Shown here: in pieces, positions 27,462 through 36,088 of the stretch | How the letters are laid out: each line of letters starts with the position of its first letter | Position numbering within the stretch: position 1 is the first letter of the stretch | Source of the DNA: Acidimicrobiales bacterium | GTDB lineage: Bacteria > Actinomycetota > Acidimicrobiia > Acidimicrobiales > WLNW01 | Reading direction: 5' to 3' | DNA length: 64,000 nt | Assembly: GCA_039934635.1 (NCBI GenBank) | Contig: JBDTLT010000005.1 | Coordinates: 19,846-83,845, forward strand | Program-made: the position numbers and the translations under genes | Notes under the pieces: generated by a model | What the model saw: only the letters and a program-made list of their open reading frames with translations | Told to the model about the DNA's origin: nothing | Databases searched by the model: none

Positions 27462-28530
27462 GTAGGTCGTAGCGATCGGCCGGCCAGCACAGCATCGCGA
27501 TCATCCCCACGATTGCCGCCTGCTCGATCAGCCGCGCCGGCTCTCGTTCGCCCGTGTCGAGGTCACCGATGAACCTCGGCAGAAGCAATTGGAGGTAGTC
27601 CTCGGCTCTGCGACGGACACGGGCGGCCAACGCGGCGTCGTGGTCGACAGTCGTCAGGAAGAACAGGTTGCGGAAGAGGATCACCGCAAATTCGACCGGC
27701 TCTGCGTGGAGGCGAGCGAGATCGAACGCGGCGAGCGCGGAATCTGCGATCGCCCTGGATTCACGGTGATAGCGAACGTCGTCGGTTGCCCGGAAGAGCA
27801 GCGCGTTGACGCCGATCATCAGGCCCTGGTTGTACGACCATTGGGTCGTGTCGACATGATTCTCCGGCGGCGTGAGGTGATCCCAGAACAGGTTGGTCGA
27901 CGGATCACGCATGAAGTCGTTCACCCACGCGCTCATGCTCAGTGCGACGTCGAGGAGATGCGGCTCACGAGTGACGTGATACAGGCGCAGCGCGACTTGC
28001 GCGTTCGCGGCGTTGGCCACGGTGCCGAGCTCGGGCGAGGCGTTACCGACCTGCTGTTGCCAGTGGATGGCAACGGAGTGCTGGCGACGGCGGTCATCGA
28101 GCGCGAACTGGCTGACCGCTGACGATTGCGCGACAAGGTCCGATCGCGATGGATCCATCCGATGAAGGCGCATCAGGTTGAGACCGTTCCAGGCATTGTC
28201 GTCGTAGAACTTGGCGCCCGTACGAACGCGCTTCACCACGGTGCTGCTGTATGCGGGGACGCCGGTGTGGGGCCGGTCATCCCAATAGCGATCGAGACCG
28301 GCCAGGAGGTCGTCGATCTGCACCTGTGTAGGCCCACCATCGAGTCCGTACACGTCGAGTGCCGCGGCGAACGCGTGAGCGAACGACCAATTGAAGGCCA
28401 ACGAACGGTGTCGACCCGCGTGGGGGCTCTGCTCGTAGAACAAGCCGCGACCGCGGCGACGGTCGACCGCAAACCGACGGCACAACGTTGCGTACGCCTG
28501 CGCGGCGAGCGCCACGGTTGGTTCGATCAT
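27454..28530 (-). CDS. glycoside hydrolase family 76-like protein
   Basis: KFYDDNAWNGLNLMRLH (the DDxxW region of GH76 alpha-1,6-mannanases) and SYNQGLMIGVNALLF. The call rests on motif resemblance only. Confidence 0.6.
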   Translation of the reverse strand: MIEPTVALAAQAYATLCRRFAVDRRRGRGLFYEQSPHAGRHRSLAFNWSFAHAFAAALDVYGLDGGPTQVQIDDLLAGLDRYWDDRPHTGVPAYSSTVVKRVRTGAKFYDDNAWNGLNLMRLHRMDPSRSDLVAQSSAVSQFALDDRRRQHSVAIHWQQQVGNASPELGTVANAANAQVALRLYHVTREPHLLDVALSMSAWVNDFMRDPSTNLFWDHLTPPENHVDTTQWSYNQGLMIGVNALLFRATDDVRYHRESRAIADSALAAFDLARLHAEPVEFAVILFRNLFFLTTVDHDAALAARVRRRAEDYLQLLLPRFIGDLDTGEREPARLIEQAAIVGMIAMLCWPADRYDLLV

Positions 28531-28542
28531 TCGTGTGTCCGG

Positions 28543-29331
28543 TCAGCCACCGGGCGCGAGCACCTCGAAGAGATCACGCCATTCGTCGAGTTCGCTCGGT
28601 TGTGACGGCAACGGCCGCATCACGGGTAGCCAGTCGTCGGGAAAAGCCGCCAGGTCGGCCTCGATGAGGTCATGCACATCCGAGCGCGCCGGCAACGCGG
28701 TGCCGAGGAGGTCGCGCCCGTTCGGGGGCGGCGTATTCGCCGGCCACGCGCCGTGGGCCACCATTTCGGCGTGCACCCGGTTGAGCGCGCCAGGGTCGAG
28801 CGCGACGCGGTGGTACGTATACGGCGCCGCGACGCGTGAACCCGACGCAGAAAGCTGGCGCGCGATTGACTGTGCGTGAGCTGGCTGGAGAATCGAAAAG
28901 AGGAGCGCGTCGGCGATCTCTGCCGCGAGCGCGACCATTCGCGGACCTTTGCATCCGACCGCGACGCGCGCCCGAGGCAGAGTGGCCCGAAGCCGAGCGA
29001 TCCCGTCGCGCACTCGCTCGAGCGAGCCTTGACGCGCGCCACCTGAACCCACGCCGATCAGCACCCGCGGATCGTCGGCGCGACCGCCGGCGAGACCGGC
29101 CGCGAGCGCGGCGGGTGGGTAGCCGGCGAGGGGTATGACGCCGGTGCCGATGGCGATGTGCTCCGTGGCGGCAAGGGCGGCGTCCAAGAGCGCGACCGGG
29201 TCGGCATCGGGGGCGACGCAGTTGAACCAGAAGCTCTGGTAGCCCGACTGTTCGGCCAGCGCCGCGAGATTGCCGATGGCTTGTGTGCCGAGCGCGCCCG
29301 GCACACCGATGCCCCACCGTGTTGAGCTCAT
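28543..29331 (-). CDS. LLM-class oxidoreductase (probable F420-dependent)
   Basis: Track ORF 28543..29631 trimmed to ATG 29331 (MSSTRWGIGVPGALG...AEQSGYQSFWF). 262 aa, with luciferase-like TIM-barrel pattern. Confidence 0.6.
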   Translation of the reverse strand: MSSTRWGIGVPGALGTQAIGNLAALAEQSGYQSFWFNCVAPDADPVALLDAALAATEHIAIGTGVIPLAGYPPAALAAGLAGGRADDPRVLIGVGSGGARQGSLERVRDGIARLRATLPRARVAVGCKGPRMVALAAEIADALLFSILQPAHAQSIARQLSASGSRVAAPYTYHRVALDPGALNRVHAEMVAHGAWPANTPPPNGRDLLGTALPARSDVHDLIEADLAAFPDDWLPVMRPLPSQPSELDEWRDLFEVLAPGG

Positions 29332-29380
29332 TGCCCTACGGTACGCGAGACTGAGCAGGCTGTCCCACAAAGGCGGTCGT

Positions 29381-30140
29381 ATGGACATCCACCTGTACAC
29401 GCAACCTGGTTGATTCAGTTGCGCGACGATCGCTTCGTTGCTATCGGCGCGAGGTGTTCGGTTCGAACACCATGACGTCTCGGTCGACGAACAAGCTGCC
29501 GAGTTCCTACGCGCGAACGAGATCAGAGCCGTGCCGGTGATTCGGGCCGGCGATGAGATCATCATCGGGTTCGACGAAGCTCGTCTGAAGCAGGTGCTCG
29601 GTCTGGTCGAGATGGCCGACGCACACGGCAACGAATGGCTGGCGTCGAAGTACGAGGTCGTGCTGGGCGCTCTGGCACGCGCCGTGCGTCAAATCGGTCC
29701 CGCGGCGATCGACACGCAATTCGCTCAACGCAAGATGTCTGTCCGCGCACGTCTTGCGCATCGTCGCCTTCGCCGAAGGCGGCTACGCCGCGCAGGAGCG
29801 GGGCAAGTTCGATACCGACGACATGTTCGCAGTCACCGCACGAGCCGGTCGCTTCACCGATGTGGATGACATCTGCTCGTACATCGCGAGGGTGCGCGAT
29901 GACATCGCGACGTTCCTCAGGCGTGGTTCAGCAGAGAGTCACGAACGCGTGGTGAGGTCGCACTACGGTGGAGAAGTAGCCGAAGTCGAGCTCCTGCGGA
30001 TCATGTTGCGTCACAGCACACACCACCTGCGCCAGCTGCACTGGTTCATGGAGCACGTACTGCTCGTGCCCTCAACTGCTCCGGCACCGGAAGACCTCGC
30101 CGGCATCGTCACGCCCGACGAGCTGTTCGAGGTGCGGTGA
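29381..30140 (+). pseudogene. NrdH/glutaredoxin-like + DinB-like fusion gene, interrupted by in-frame TGA (29411-29413) and a +1 frame change near 29735-29762; alternatively a UxxC selenoprotein candidate
   Basis: ATG 29381 gives MDIHLYTQPG-TGA-FSCATIASLLSARGVRFEHHDVSVDE...VPVIRAGDEIIIGFDEARL, a glutaredoxin/NrdH pattern with the stop at the first Cys of CxxC. The DinB-like part starts in the same frame (NEWLASKYEVVLGAL...QRKMSVRA) and continues in the frame of track ORF 29754..30140 (IVAFAEGG...LRHSTHHLRQL). Confidence 0.6.
29422..29451 (+). other. stem-loop 11 nt downstream of the in-frame UGA (SECIS-like placement)
   Basis: CGCGACGAT pairs with ATCGGCGCG (8 of 9 positions; one A/G mismatch). 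There is an inner GC/GC pair and a UUCGUU apical loop. The stem begins at 29422; the UGA begins at 29411. Confidence 0.35.
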
Positions 30141-30940
30141 AGGTCACGACATCTGGCGTCCTGCGCCGCATCGAGCTGACATCCGCGATCGATCTGCTCC
30201 CCGCGCTGTTTCAACAGTGGAACGATCTGCAATTCGATGACACGGGGCGCGTGGTCGATGCACCCGCCGGCTGCCCGATAGCGAAACTATTGCTCGTCGA
30301 AGGCGGGCATCGTCAGCCCGGCGCGCGCTACGAGGTCACGATGGAGCAGCCGATCTTCGCCACGCTCACACACGACGACTCGCGCCGCATCGTTGCGATG
30401 ATTGGCGACGAGCGGCGGCGCTGGACAGCAGACGTCGAGATCGCGCGGGAACGACTGCCGACCATCGACCTGACCCTCCGCGTGGATACGGCGGCCGCAG
30501 CATCGAGCGATGCCAACCCCGGGCGCATCGACCGTCTCCTCGGTGGGAGGGGCGCAGGCCAAGTGAGGATCGACTTGCGGACGATCGAAGGCAACGGCGG
30601 CACACTCGTCGATGCACGAGGGCGCGTGAACCGTTTCCGGATTTCGGGCCGCGGCGACGTCGACACCGACCCGGCGAGTTGGGACGTCGAGGCCGCGCTA
30701 TCCGTCGCAGGACGAGGCCTGGGAACAGTGGTGATGTTGCTCGCGAGCCGACGTCTGCGCCGGTACTTCACCGGCCGGTTTCAGCAGTTCTGGCTGACAG
30801 CTGACTCGCGAATAACTCGAGCCGAGAGTGCGCTCGGAGAGTTGGCGCAAACTGTCGCGCGAGAGGGAGGGGAGACAGCGTTTGTCCAGCGCGCGTTGTG
30901 GGACCCCGACCGCGAACCCAGGCCGCCAACTTCTGGCTAG
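30137..30940 (+). CDS. hypothetical protein (267 aa)
   Basis: GTG start overlaps the preceding TGA (GTGA). Composition is coding-like. No recognisable motif. Confidence 0.55.
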   Translation: MKVTTSGVLRRIELTSAIDLLPALFQQWNDLQFDDTGRVVDAPAGCPIAKLLLVEGGHRQPGARYEVTMEQPIFATLTHDDSRRIVAMIGDERRRWTADVEIARERLPTIDLTLRVDTAAAASSDANPGRIDRLLGGRGAGQVRIDLRTIEGNGGTLVDARGRVNRFRISGRGDVDTDPASWDVEAALSVAGRGLGTVVMLLASRRLRRYFTGRFQQFWLTADSRITRAESALGELAQTVAREGGETAFVQRALWDPDREPRPPTSG

Positions 30941-31006
30941 AGCCAACTGAGCGACCGGTCTAGGGTCTCGCGATACGAGAGCTCATCGCGAAGAAGGCAG
31001 AAGCCC

Positions 31007-31870
31007 ATGCAGATCGGTGTCGTCTACCCGCAGACCGAGCTTCGGGGAGATCCCCAAGCGGTTCGCCGCATCGGGAAAGCGGTCGAGGATCTCGGCTTCG
31101 ACCATCTCCTCACCTATGACCACGTACTCGGTGCCGTGCACGCCGATCGAGCCCGTCCACTCACTGGCCCGTACACCGAGCGTGACCCGTTCCATGATCC
31201 GTTCGTGATGTTCGCGTATCTGGCCGGCATCACCGAACGACTCCAGTTCGCGACCGGCGTGCTGATCCTGCCGCAGCGCCAGACCGCGCTCGTGGCCCGG
31301 CAGGCAACCGATGTCGACCTCTTGTCCGGCGGCCGATTGCGTCTCGGCGTGGGTGTCGGTTGGAATCACGTCGAGTACGAGGCACTGGGTCAGAACTTCC
31401 GCACTCGTGGCGCACGCGAAGAGGAGCAGATCGAGTTGCTGCGGCGATTGTTCAGCGAATCGGTCGTCGACTTCTCGGGCCGCTTCGACCGCGTCGACCG
31501 GGCTTCACTCGTGCCGCAACCGGCGCGGTCGATCCCGATCTGGCTCGGTGGATTTGGTGAAGTGGCGTTCGAACGGGCCGCCCGGCTCGCGGATGGTTTC
31601 ATCTTCGGTGGGGGTCTCGAGTACTGCATCGACGCCTGGCACCAGATGCGCGATCGACTCGGTGTTCTCGGCCGGTCGGTCGACGACTTCGGTGCGGATT
31701 ACACCGCGCTCACTCGCGAGGGGCCGAGTGAGATCCCCGCGAAGGTCGACGCGTGGCGTGCGGCCGGTGGCACCCATGTCTCGGTGGTGACGATGGGCCT
31801 CGGCTTGGACTCCATCGATGGCCACATCGACTACATCGCTTCGGTCGCCCACGCGCTCGAATTGTCGTGA
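31007..31870 (+). CDS. LLM-class F420-dependent oxidoreductase
   Basis: MQIGVVYPQTELRGDPQAVRRIGKAVEDLGFDHLLTYDHVLGA and later IPIWLGG are typical of the TIGR03619-like luciferase-like family. Confidence 0.8.
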   Translation: MQIGVVYPQTELRGDPQAVRRIGKAVEDLGFDHLLTYDHVLGAVHADRARPLTGPYTERDPFHDPFVMFAYLAGITERLQFATGVLILPQRQTALVARQATDVDLLSGGRLRLGVGVGWNHVEYEALGQNFRTRGAREEEQIELLRRLFSESVVDFSGRFDRVDRASLVPQPARSIPIWLGGFGEVAFERAARLADGFIFGGGLEYCIDAWHQMRDRLGVLGRSVDDFGADYTALTREGPSEIPAKVDAWRAAGGTHVSVVTMGLGLDSIDGHIDYIASVAHALELS

Positions 31871-31882
31871 CCGTCGTCTGAC

Positions 31883-32200
31883 TCAGGCGGCGCGGGCGAC
31901 GATCTCTTCGTCGAGGAGATGGTCGACCCAGTCGAGTGCGAGCGCCCCGCTGTCCGAGGCGATCGCCATGATGGCCTCGAGGTCGGCCCGCATGTCGTCG
32001 GCGAGCACCGCGGTGAGGTGGCTGATATCGGTCAGGCGGTCGGCGATCGACCAGCGCAGCCCGACATCGTCGGTGGCGCAATACAGATCGAGGAACACGT
32101 CGACGCATCGACCCTGCGACAGCAGGACCTGGTCGCCGATCGCGGCGATCGCCGGTCGGGCAATGCGCTCGATCTGGGTGGAGTGAGTCATGGTTGTCAT
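31883..32200 (-). CDS. hypothetical protein (105 aa)
   Basis: Track ORF 31883..32275 trimmed to ATG 32200 (AAGGGGA upstream). No motif recognised. Confidence 0.45.
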   Translation of the reverse strand: MTTMTHSTQIERIARPAIAAIGDQVLLSQGRCVDVFLDLYCATDDVGLRWSIADRLTDISHLTAVLADDMRADLEAIMAIASDSGALALDWVDHLLDEEIVARAA

Positions 32201-32356
32201 CGGATCCCCTTTGAGATGTCGGCAGCGGCCGTATCGACACCATGCGCCGGCGCGCTGTGTTGGCCCTGACGTCACGCTGAGACCGAACTTCAGCGCGGCC
32301 CAAAAGGGGTTGGGAGTCGTCTCCCGCCTGGCTTGGAGCGCAGGCCAGACGCGTCC

Positions 32357-33835
32357 CTAGGCGGGAGCGGCGCTCTTCGCCGCGTTCGCCGACTTCTTGA
32401 TACGCGGGCGCATCGAGGGAGCGGCGTCGGCGTCGCGAATGATCTGCGCCGCGAATCCACCGATCAATGCGACCAGTGCGGCGACGCGGAACACCGTGCG
32501 GAACGCACCGAGGCTGGCGGCCCCTTCGATCCGGGCGTCGGGCAGTCGCGCCGCGAGCACCGTCGCCATGAGCGCGACACCGACGGCCGCGGCGACCTGA
32601 CGTTGTGCGTTGAAGATGGCGGTGGCGCGGCCCGTGTCCGCGGGGGCGATCGTGGCAAAGGCCGCGGCTTGCACGCACACCATGCAGGGACCAACAGCGA
32701 ATCCAACGGCAAACACCAACAGGCGGATCAGCCAGGAACTCGTGTCGAGGGAGATGAACGAACACATGAACATCGTTATCGCGACAGCGAAGAGGCCGTA
32801 TGACATGAGCCGGCGGGGACCGACTCGCGGATACAGCCGAGACATGAACTGTGACGAGACGAGAACGCCCAACGCTTCCGGAAAGATCGTCAGTCCGGAA
32901 TGAAGCGGTGACTCTCCCCGTGCATCCTGCAAGAACTGCGGGACGATGAACAGGAAGCCGAAGAAGGCAGAGAACGTGAAGAACGAGACGATGTTCACTG
33001 CTCGGAAGAGCCGATCGCGCAACATGCGCAGTGGCAGCATGGGTCGGCTGTGACGCAACTCGACGAACACGAGCGCAACGAGCGCGGCGATGCCGAACGC
33101 GGCGCTGGTCAACACGATCGTGGAGGTCCAGCCGCTGCGCGGGCCCTTGCCCAGCGCGTACAGCAGCAAGGCAAGCCCGCCACCCGACAGGACGAAGCCC
33201 GCCGTGTCGAACTTGCCCGCAGAAGCCTCACGATGCTCGCGCAGGAAGAACATGCCGAAGAGCACCATGACGATGCCGATGGGGACGTTGACGAAGAACA
33301 CCCAGCGCCACGTCAGATGGTCGGCGAACAGACCACCGAGGATCGGCCCCGACGCGGGCGCAACGATCGTCGGAATGATGATGATCCGCGCGATACGCGC
33401 CCGTTCTTGGGGCGGATACGCGCGGTAGAGCATGGCCGAGCTCACCGGCGTAAGCATGCCGCCCCCGACGCCCTGCAAAACGCGTGCGGCGATCAACTGG
33501 TTGAGGCTCTGTGATGCGCCGCACATCGCGGATGCCAGCGTGAAGATCGCCATCGCCGTGAGGTACACCCGCTTCGTGCCGAAGCGATCGCCGAACCAAC
33601 CGGATGCGGGGATCCACATGGCCAAGCTCAGCAGGTAGCCGACCACCACCCACTCGATGGACGACGACGTGGCGTCGAGGCTTCGCCCGATCGAGGGGAG
33701 CGCGACATTGACGATCGTGATGTCGAGGGCGCTCATGAAATTGCCGGCGACGTGCATCACGATCACGACGTGCTTGGGGTCGATGCGGGAACGCGCACCA
33801 GAGTTCCCGCCCATCGATGTCCCCATCGCCCCCAC
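32357..33835 (-). CDS. MFS transporter, DHA2 (EmrB/QacA-like, 14-TMS) drug:H+ antiporter family
   Basis: 492 aa, many hydrophobic segments. N-terminal FMSALDITIVNVALPSIGRSL and GWFGDRFGTKRVY (motif A-like) are typical of DHA2. Confidence 0.85.
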   Translation of the reverse strand: MGAMGTSMGGNSGARSRIDPKHVVIVMHVAGNFMSALDITIVNVALPSIGRSLDATSSSIEWVVVGYLLSLAMWIPASGWFGDRFGTKRVYLTAMAIFTLASAMCGASQSLNQLIAARVLQGVGGGMLTPVSSAMLYRAYPPQERARIARIIIIPTIVAPASGPILGGLFADHLTWRWVFFVNVPIGIVMVLFGMFFLREHREASAGKFDTAGFVLSGGGLALLLYALGKGPRSGWTSTIVLTSAAFGIAALVALVFVELRHSRPMLPLRMLRDRLFRAVNIVSFFTFSAFFGFLFIVPQFLQDARGESPLHSGLTIFPEALGVLVSSQFMSRLYPRVGPRRLMSYGLFAVAITMFMCSFISLDTSSWLIRLLVFAVGFAVGPCMVCVQAAAFATIAPADTGRATAIFNAQRQVAAAVGVALMATVLAARLPDARIEGAASLGAFRTVFRVAALVALIGGFAAQIIRDADAAPSMRPRIKKSANAAKSAAPA

Positions 33836-33929
33836 TCTGCCCCAATTGGAGTGGTCAGGCGAACGCCGCCGGTGTGCCAGTTGTTGCCGATTCGGCTATA
33901 TCCGACTGCCGAATGCCGAGAAGGTCGCG

Positions 33930-34394
33930 TCAGCGTCGATAGACGTTGTTCGACCAGTCGCCCGCCATCTCGTAGTTGGTGTTGAACTGCTCGAACTCGA
34001 CCCAAAGGTCGCCGTTCCAGGGGTCGTAGACGTGGACCTCGACGGGTTCGCACACTTCGCCGGTGTCGCCACCTTTGATCCCGGCCACAACGATGCTGTG
34101 GTACGCGTTGCCCGGTACCTGGATCAGCATGGGGCCGTTGCTAGCGAGCCACTGTTCCCATCCGTCGGCGCCTTGACAGACCGGATAGATCTGAGTGAGG
34201 CCGTATTGAGACGCAACCTGCCCAAGCTCGAGTTCGGTCGCACCGTCGTCCCACACGCTGGTGGGATTGCTCTGTTGCATCTCGCGGACGATTTCCATGT
34301 CGGAGCTACGACCCGTCATCATTGCGGTCGACGCGGCCCAACAGGTATTCGTCGTGGACTGCTTGACGTAGTTCAGCGGAAAGTCGATGGCCAT
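33930..34394 (-). CDS. papain-like cysteine peptidase family protein (C39/C70-like), no signal peptide
   Basis: AGGGGGA upstream of the ATG. Q-x5-C nucleophile context (VKQSTTNTCWAASTAMM), His in NAYHSIVVAG, and Asp in VYDPWNG. 154 aa. Confidence 0.65.
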   Translation of the reverse strand: MAIDFPLNYVKQSTTNTCWAASTAMMTGRSSDMEIVREMQQSNPTSVWDDGATELELGQVASQYGLTQIYPVCQGADGWEQWLASNGPMLIQVPGNAYHSIVVAGIKGGDTGEVCEPVEVHVYDPWNGDLWVEFEQFNTNYEMAGDWSNNVYRR

Positions 34395-34463
34395 CGCGTC
34401 CCCCTATGGTTGGTGGCGATTACCGCAAACAGTAGCGATGCCGCAACTCTGGGTCGACGGCGA

Positions 34464-35060
34464 TCACGCCTTGACGTGCTTACCCGGTGTTGCGGAGCGA
34501 ACGTGAATGCGTTCGCCGGGCCGGCCGAGGATGCTGAGGATTTCGACCGGTTTGTTGCCGGCCGGTCCGAACCAGTGCGGTTGCGCGGTGTCGAATTCGG
34601 CGACTTCGCCGGGCCTGAGTGTGATATCGCTGTCGGCGAGGATCAGCCGTAGGTCGCCGGCGAGAACATAGAGCCATTCGTCGCCCTCGTGAGTGCGAAG
34701 TTTGGGTGGGCCTTTTTCGGGCAGGATGATCACTTTCCACGCATGCATTCCGCGTGGGTGTCGCGTGAGCGGCACGACGATGCGTCCGTTGCGTGCTTGC
34801 GGCGTGAGCCGGATGCGGGAGTTGCCGTACTCGGGGGCCCCGACGAGGTCGTCGAGGGGCACGCGATGCGCGTGCGCGATCGGTAACAGCAACTCGAGGC
34901 TGGGCTTGCGTTCCCCGTGTTCGAGACGTGACAAGGTGCTTTTGGAGATGCCGGTCTCGGCGGCCAACTCGGCCAGGGTCACGCCCCGCTGGGTGCGCAC
35001 CCGTTTGAGGCGGGGACCCACCTCGGCCAGTACGGCGTCGATCTCCGCGGAGGTCTTCAT
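34464..35060 (-). CDS. XRE family transcriptional regulator with C-terminal cupin domain
   Basis: HTH_3 domain (RGVTLAELAAETGISKSTLSRLEHGERKPSLELL). Cupin beta-barrel in the C-terminal half (HEGDEWLYVLAGDLRL...PGEVAEFDTAQPHWF). Confidence 0.85.
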   Translation of the reverse strand: MKTSAEIDAVLAEVGPRLKRVRTQRGVTLAELAAETGISKSTLSRLEHGERKPSLELLLPIAHAHRVPLDDLVGAPEYGNSRIRLTPQARNGRIVVPLTRHPRGMHAWKVIILPEKGPPKLRTHEGDEWLYVLAGDLRLILADSDITLRPGEVAEFDTAQPHWFGPAGNKPVEILSILGRPGERIHVRSATPGKHVKA

Positions 35061-35076
35061 TCGCGTCAGTCAAGTA

Positions 35077-35114
35077 CGCGTTCCCGGAAACAGCAACAAA
35101 TCTTGCGGAACGCG
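35077..35114. promoter_or_regulatory. inverted repeat in XRE / flavoprotein divergent spacer
   Basis: CGCGTTCC (35077-35084) and GGAACGCG (35107-35114) are perfect 8-bp arms 22 nt apart, between the divergent starts at 35060 and 35150. Confidence 0.3.
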
Positions 35115-35149
35115 AGCCGATGAACCACGCTGCAGTGGAGGTGATCGCT

Positions 35150-36088
35150 ATGGAAGCGCAGTCCTATGACGTAGTGGTGGTTGGGGGCGGAGCGGCCGGC
35201 CTGAGCGCCGCGCTCGTGTTGGGCCGAGCGCGGCGCCGTGTCGCGGTGATCGATGCCGGAGCACCCCGCAACGCGCCTGCGGCACACATGCAGGGGTTCC
35301 TGTCGCGCGACGGGATGTCGCCGACGGACTTCCTCGCCGTGGGCCGGGCCGAGGTGGTCGGGTACGGCGTCGAGTTGATCGCCGATCAAGTGCGCGCAAT
35401 CGCGCCCGGATTCGTCGTTCGACTCGCCGGTGGCCGCGAGTTGACGGCGCGACGCATCTTGGTCGCAACCGGTGTCAGCGACGAGTTGCCGGACATCCCC
35501 GGCGTCCGCGAACGATGGGGCCGCGATCTCTTGCACTGCCCGTATTGCCACGGGTGGGAAGTGCGCGATCAGCCCGTAGGTGTGTTGGGCACACTGCCCG
35601 GGTCGGTGCTGCATGCACAACTCGTTCGGCAGTGGTCCGACGACGTGGTCTTCTTCGTCCACACGTACAACCTCGACGCCGCCGAACGTACGCAATTGGA
35701 AGCACGCGGCATTCGAGTCGTCGAGGGCAACGTAGCGCGGTTGGTGATCGACGATGACCGATTGACCGGTGTCGAGTTGACCGACGGCCAAGTGATTGCA
35801 CGGACCGCGGTGTTCGTCCGGCCGGGCAACGTCCCTCACGCCGATGGATTGCTGCCCGCTCTGGGCTGCGATCACAACGAAGCCGGCTTCGTCACCGTCG
35901 ATGCCACGGGCAAGACAAGCGCGTTCGGTGTCTGGGCTGCCGGCAACGTGGTCGATCCGCGGGCACAGGTGATCACCTCGGCCGGCGCCGGCTCTGCGGC
36001 GGCAATCGCCATCAACGCGGACTTGGTCCAAGACGATGTCGAACGCGCGGTGAACGACCTCGACAGGTTGGCGGTCAGTGGACGTTGA
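35150..36088 (+). CDS. thioredoxin-reductase-like NAD(P)/FAD-dependent oxidoreductase
   Basis: Trimmed to ATG 35150 (GGAGG upstream). YDVVVVGGGAAGLSAAL (FAD-binding GxGxxG), redox CPYCHGWE, and GNVVDPRAQVITSAGAGSAAA. Confidence 0.8.
   Translation: MEAQSYDVVVVGGGAAGLSAALVLGRARRRVAVIDAGAPRNAPAAHMQGFLSRDGMSPTDFLAVGRAEVVGYGVELIADQVRAIAPGFVVRLAGGRELTARRILVATGVSDELPDIPGVRERWGRDLLHCPYCHGWEVRDQPVGVLGTLPGSVLHAQLVRQWSDDVVFFVHTYNLDAAERTQLEARGIRVVEGNVARLVIDDDRLTGVELTDGQVIARTAVFVRPGNVPHADGLLPALGCDHNEAGFVTVDATGKTSAFGVWAAGNVVDPRAQVITSAGAGSAAAIAINADLVQDDVERAVNDLDRLAVSGR

Noticed and set aside
32299-32325. Possible intrinsic terminator after the MFS gene on the minus strand (GGGAG-ACGA-CTCCC followed by AACCCCTTTTGGG).
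   Set aside because: The stem is only 5 bp and the T-run only 4 nt, which is too weak to report as a feature.
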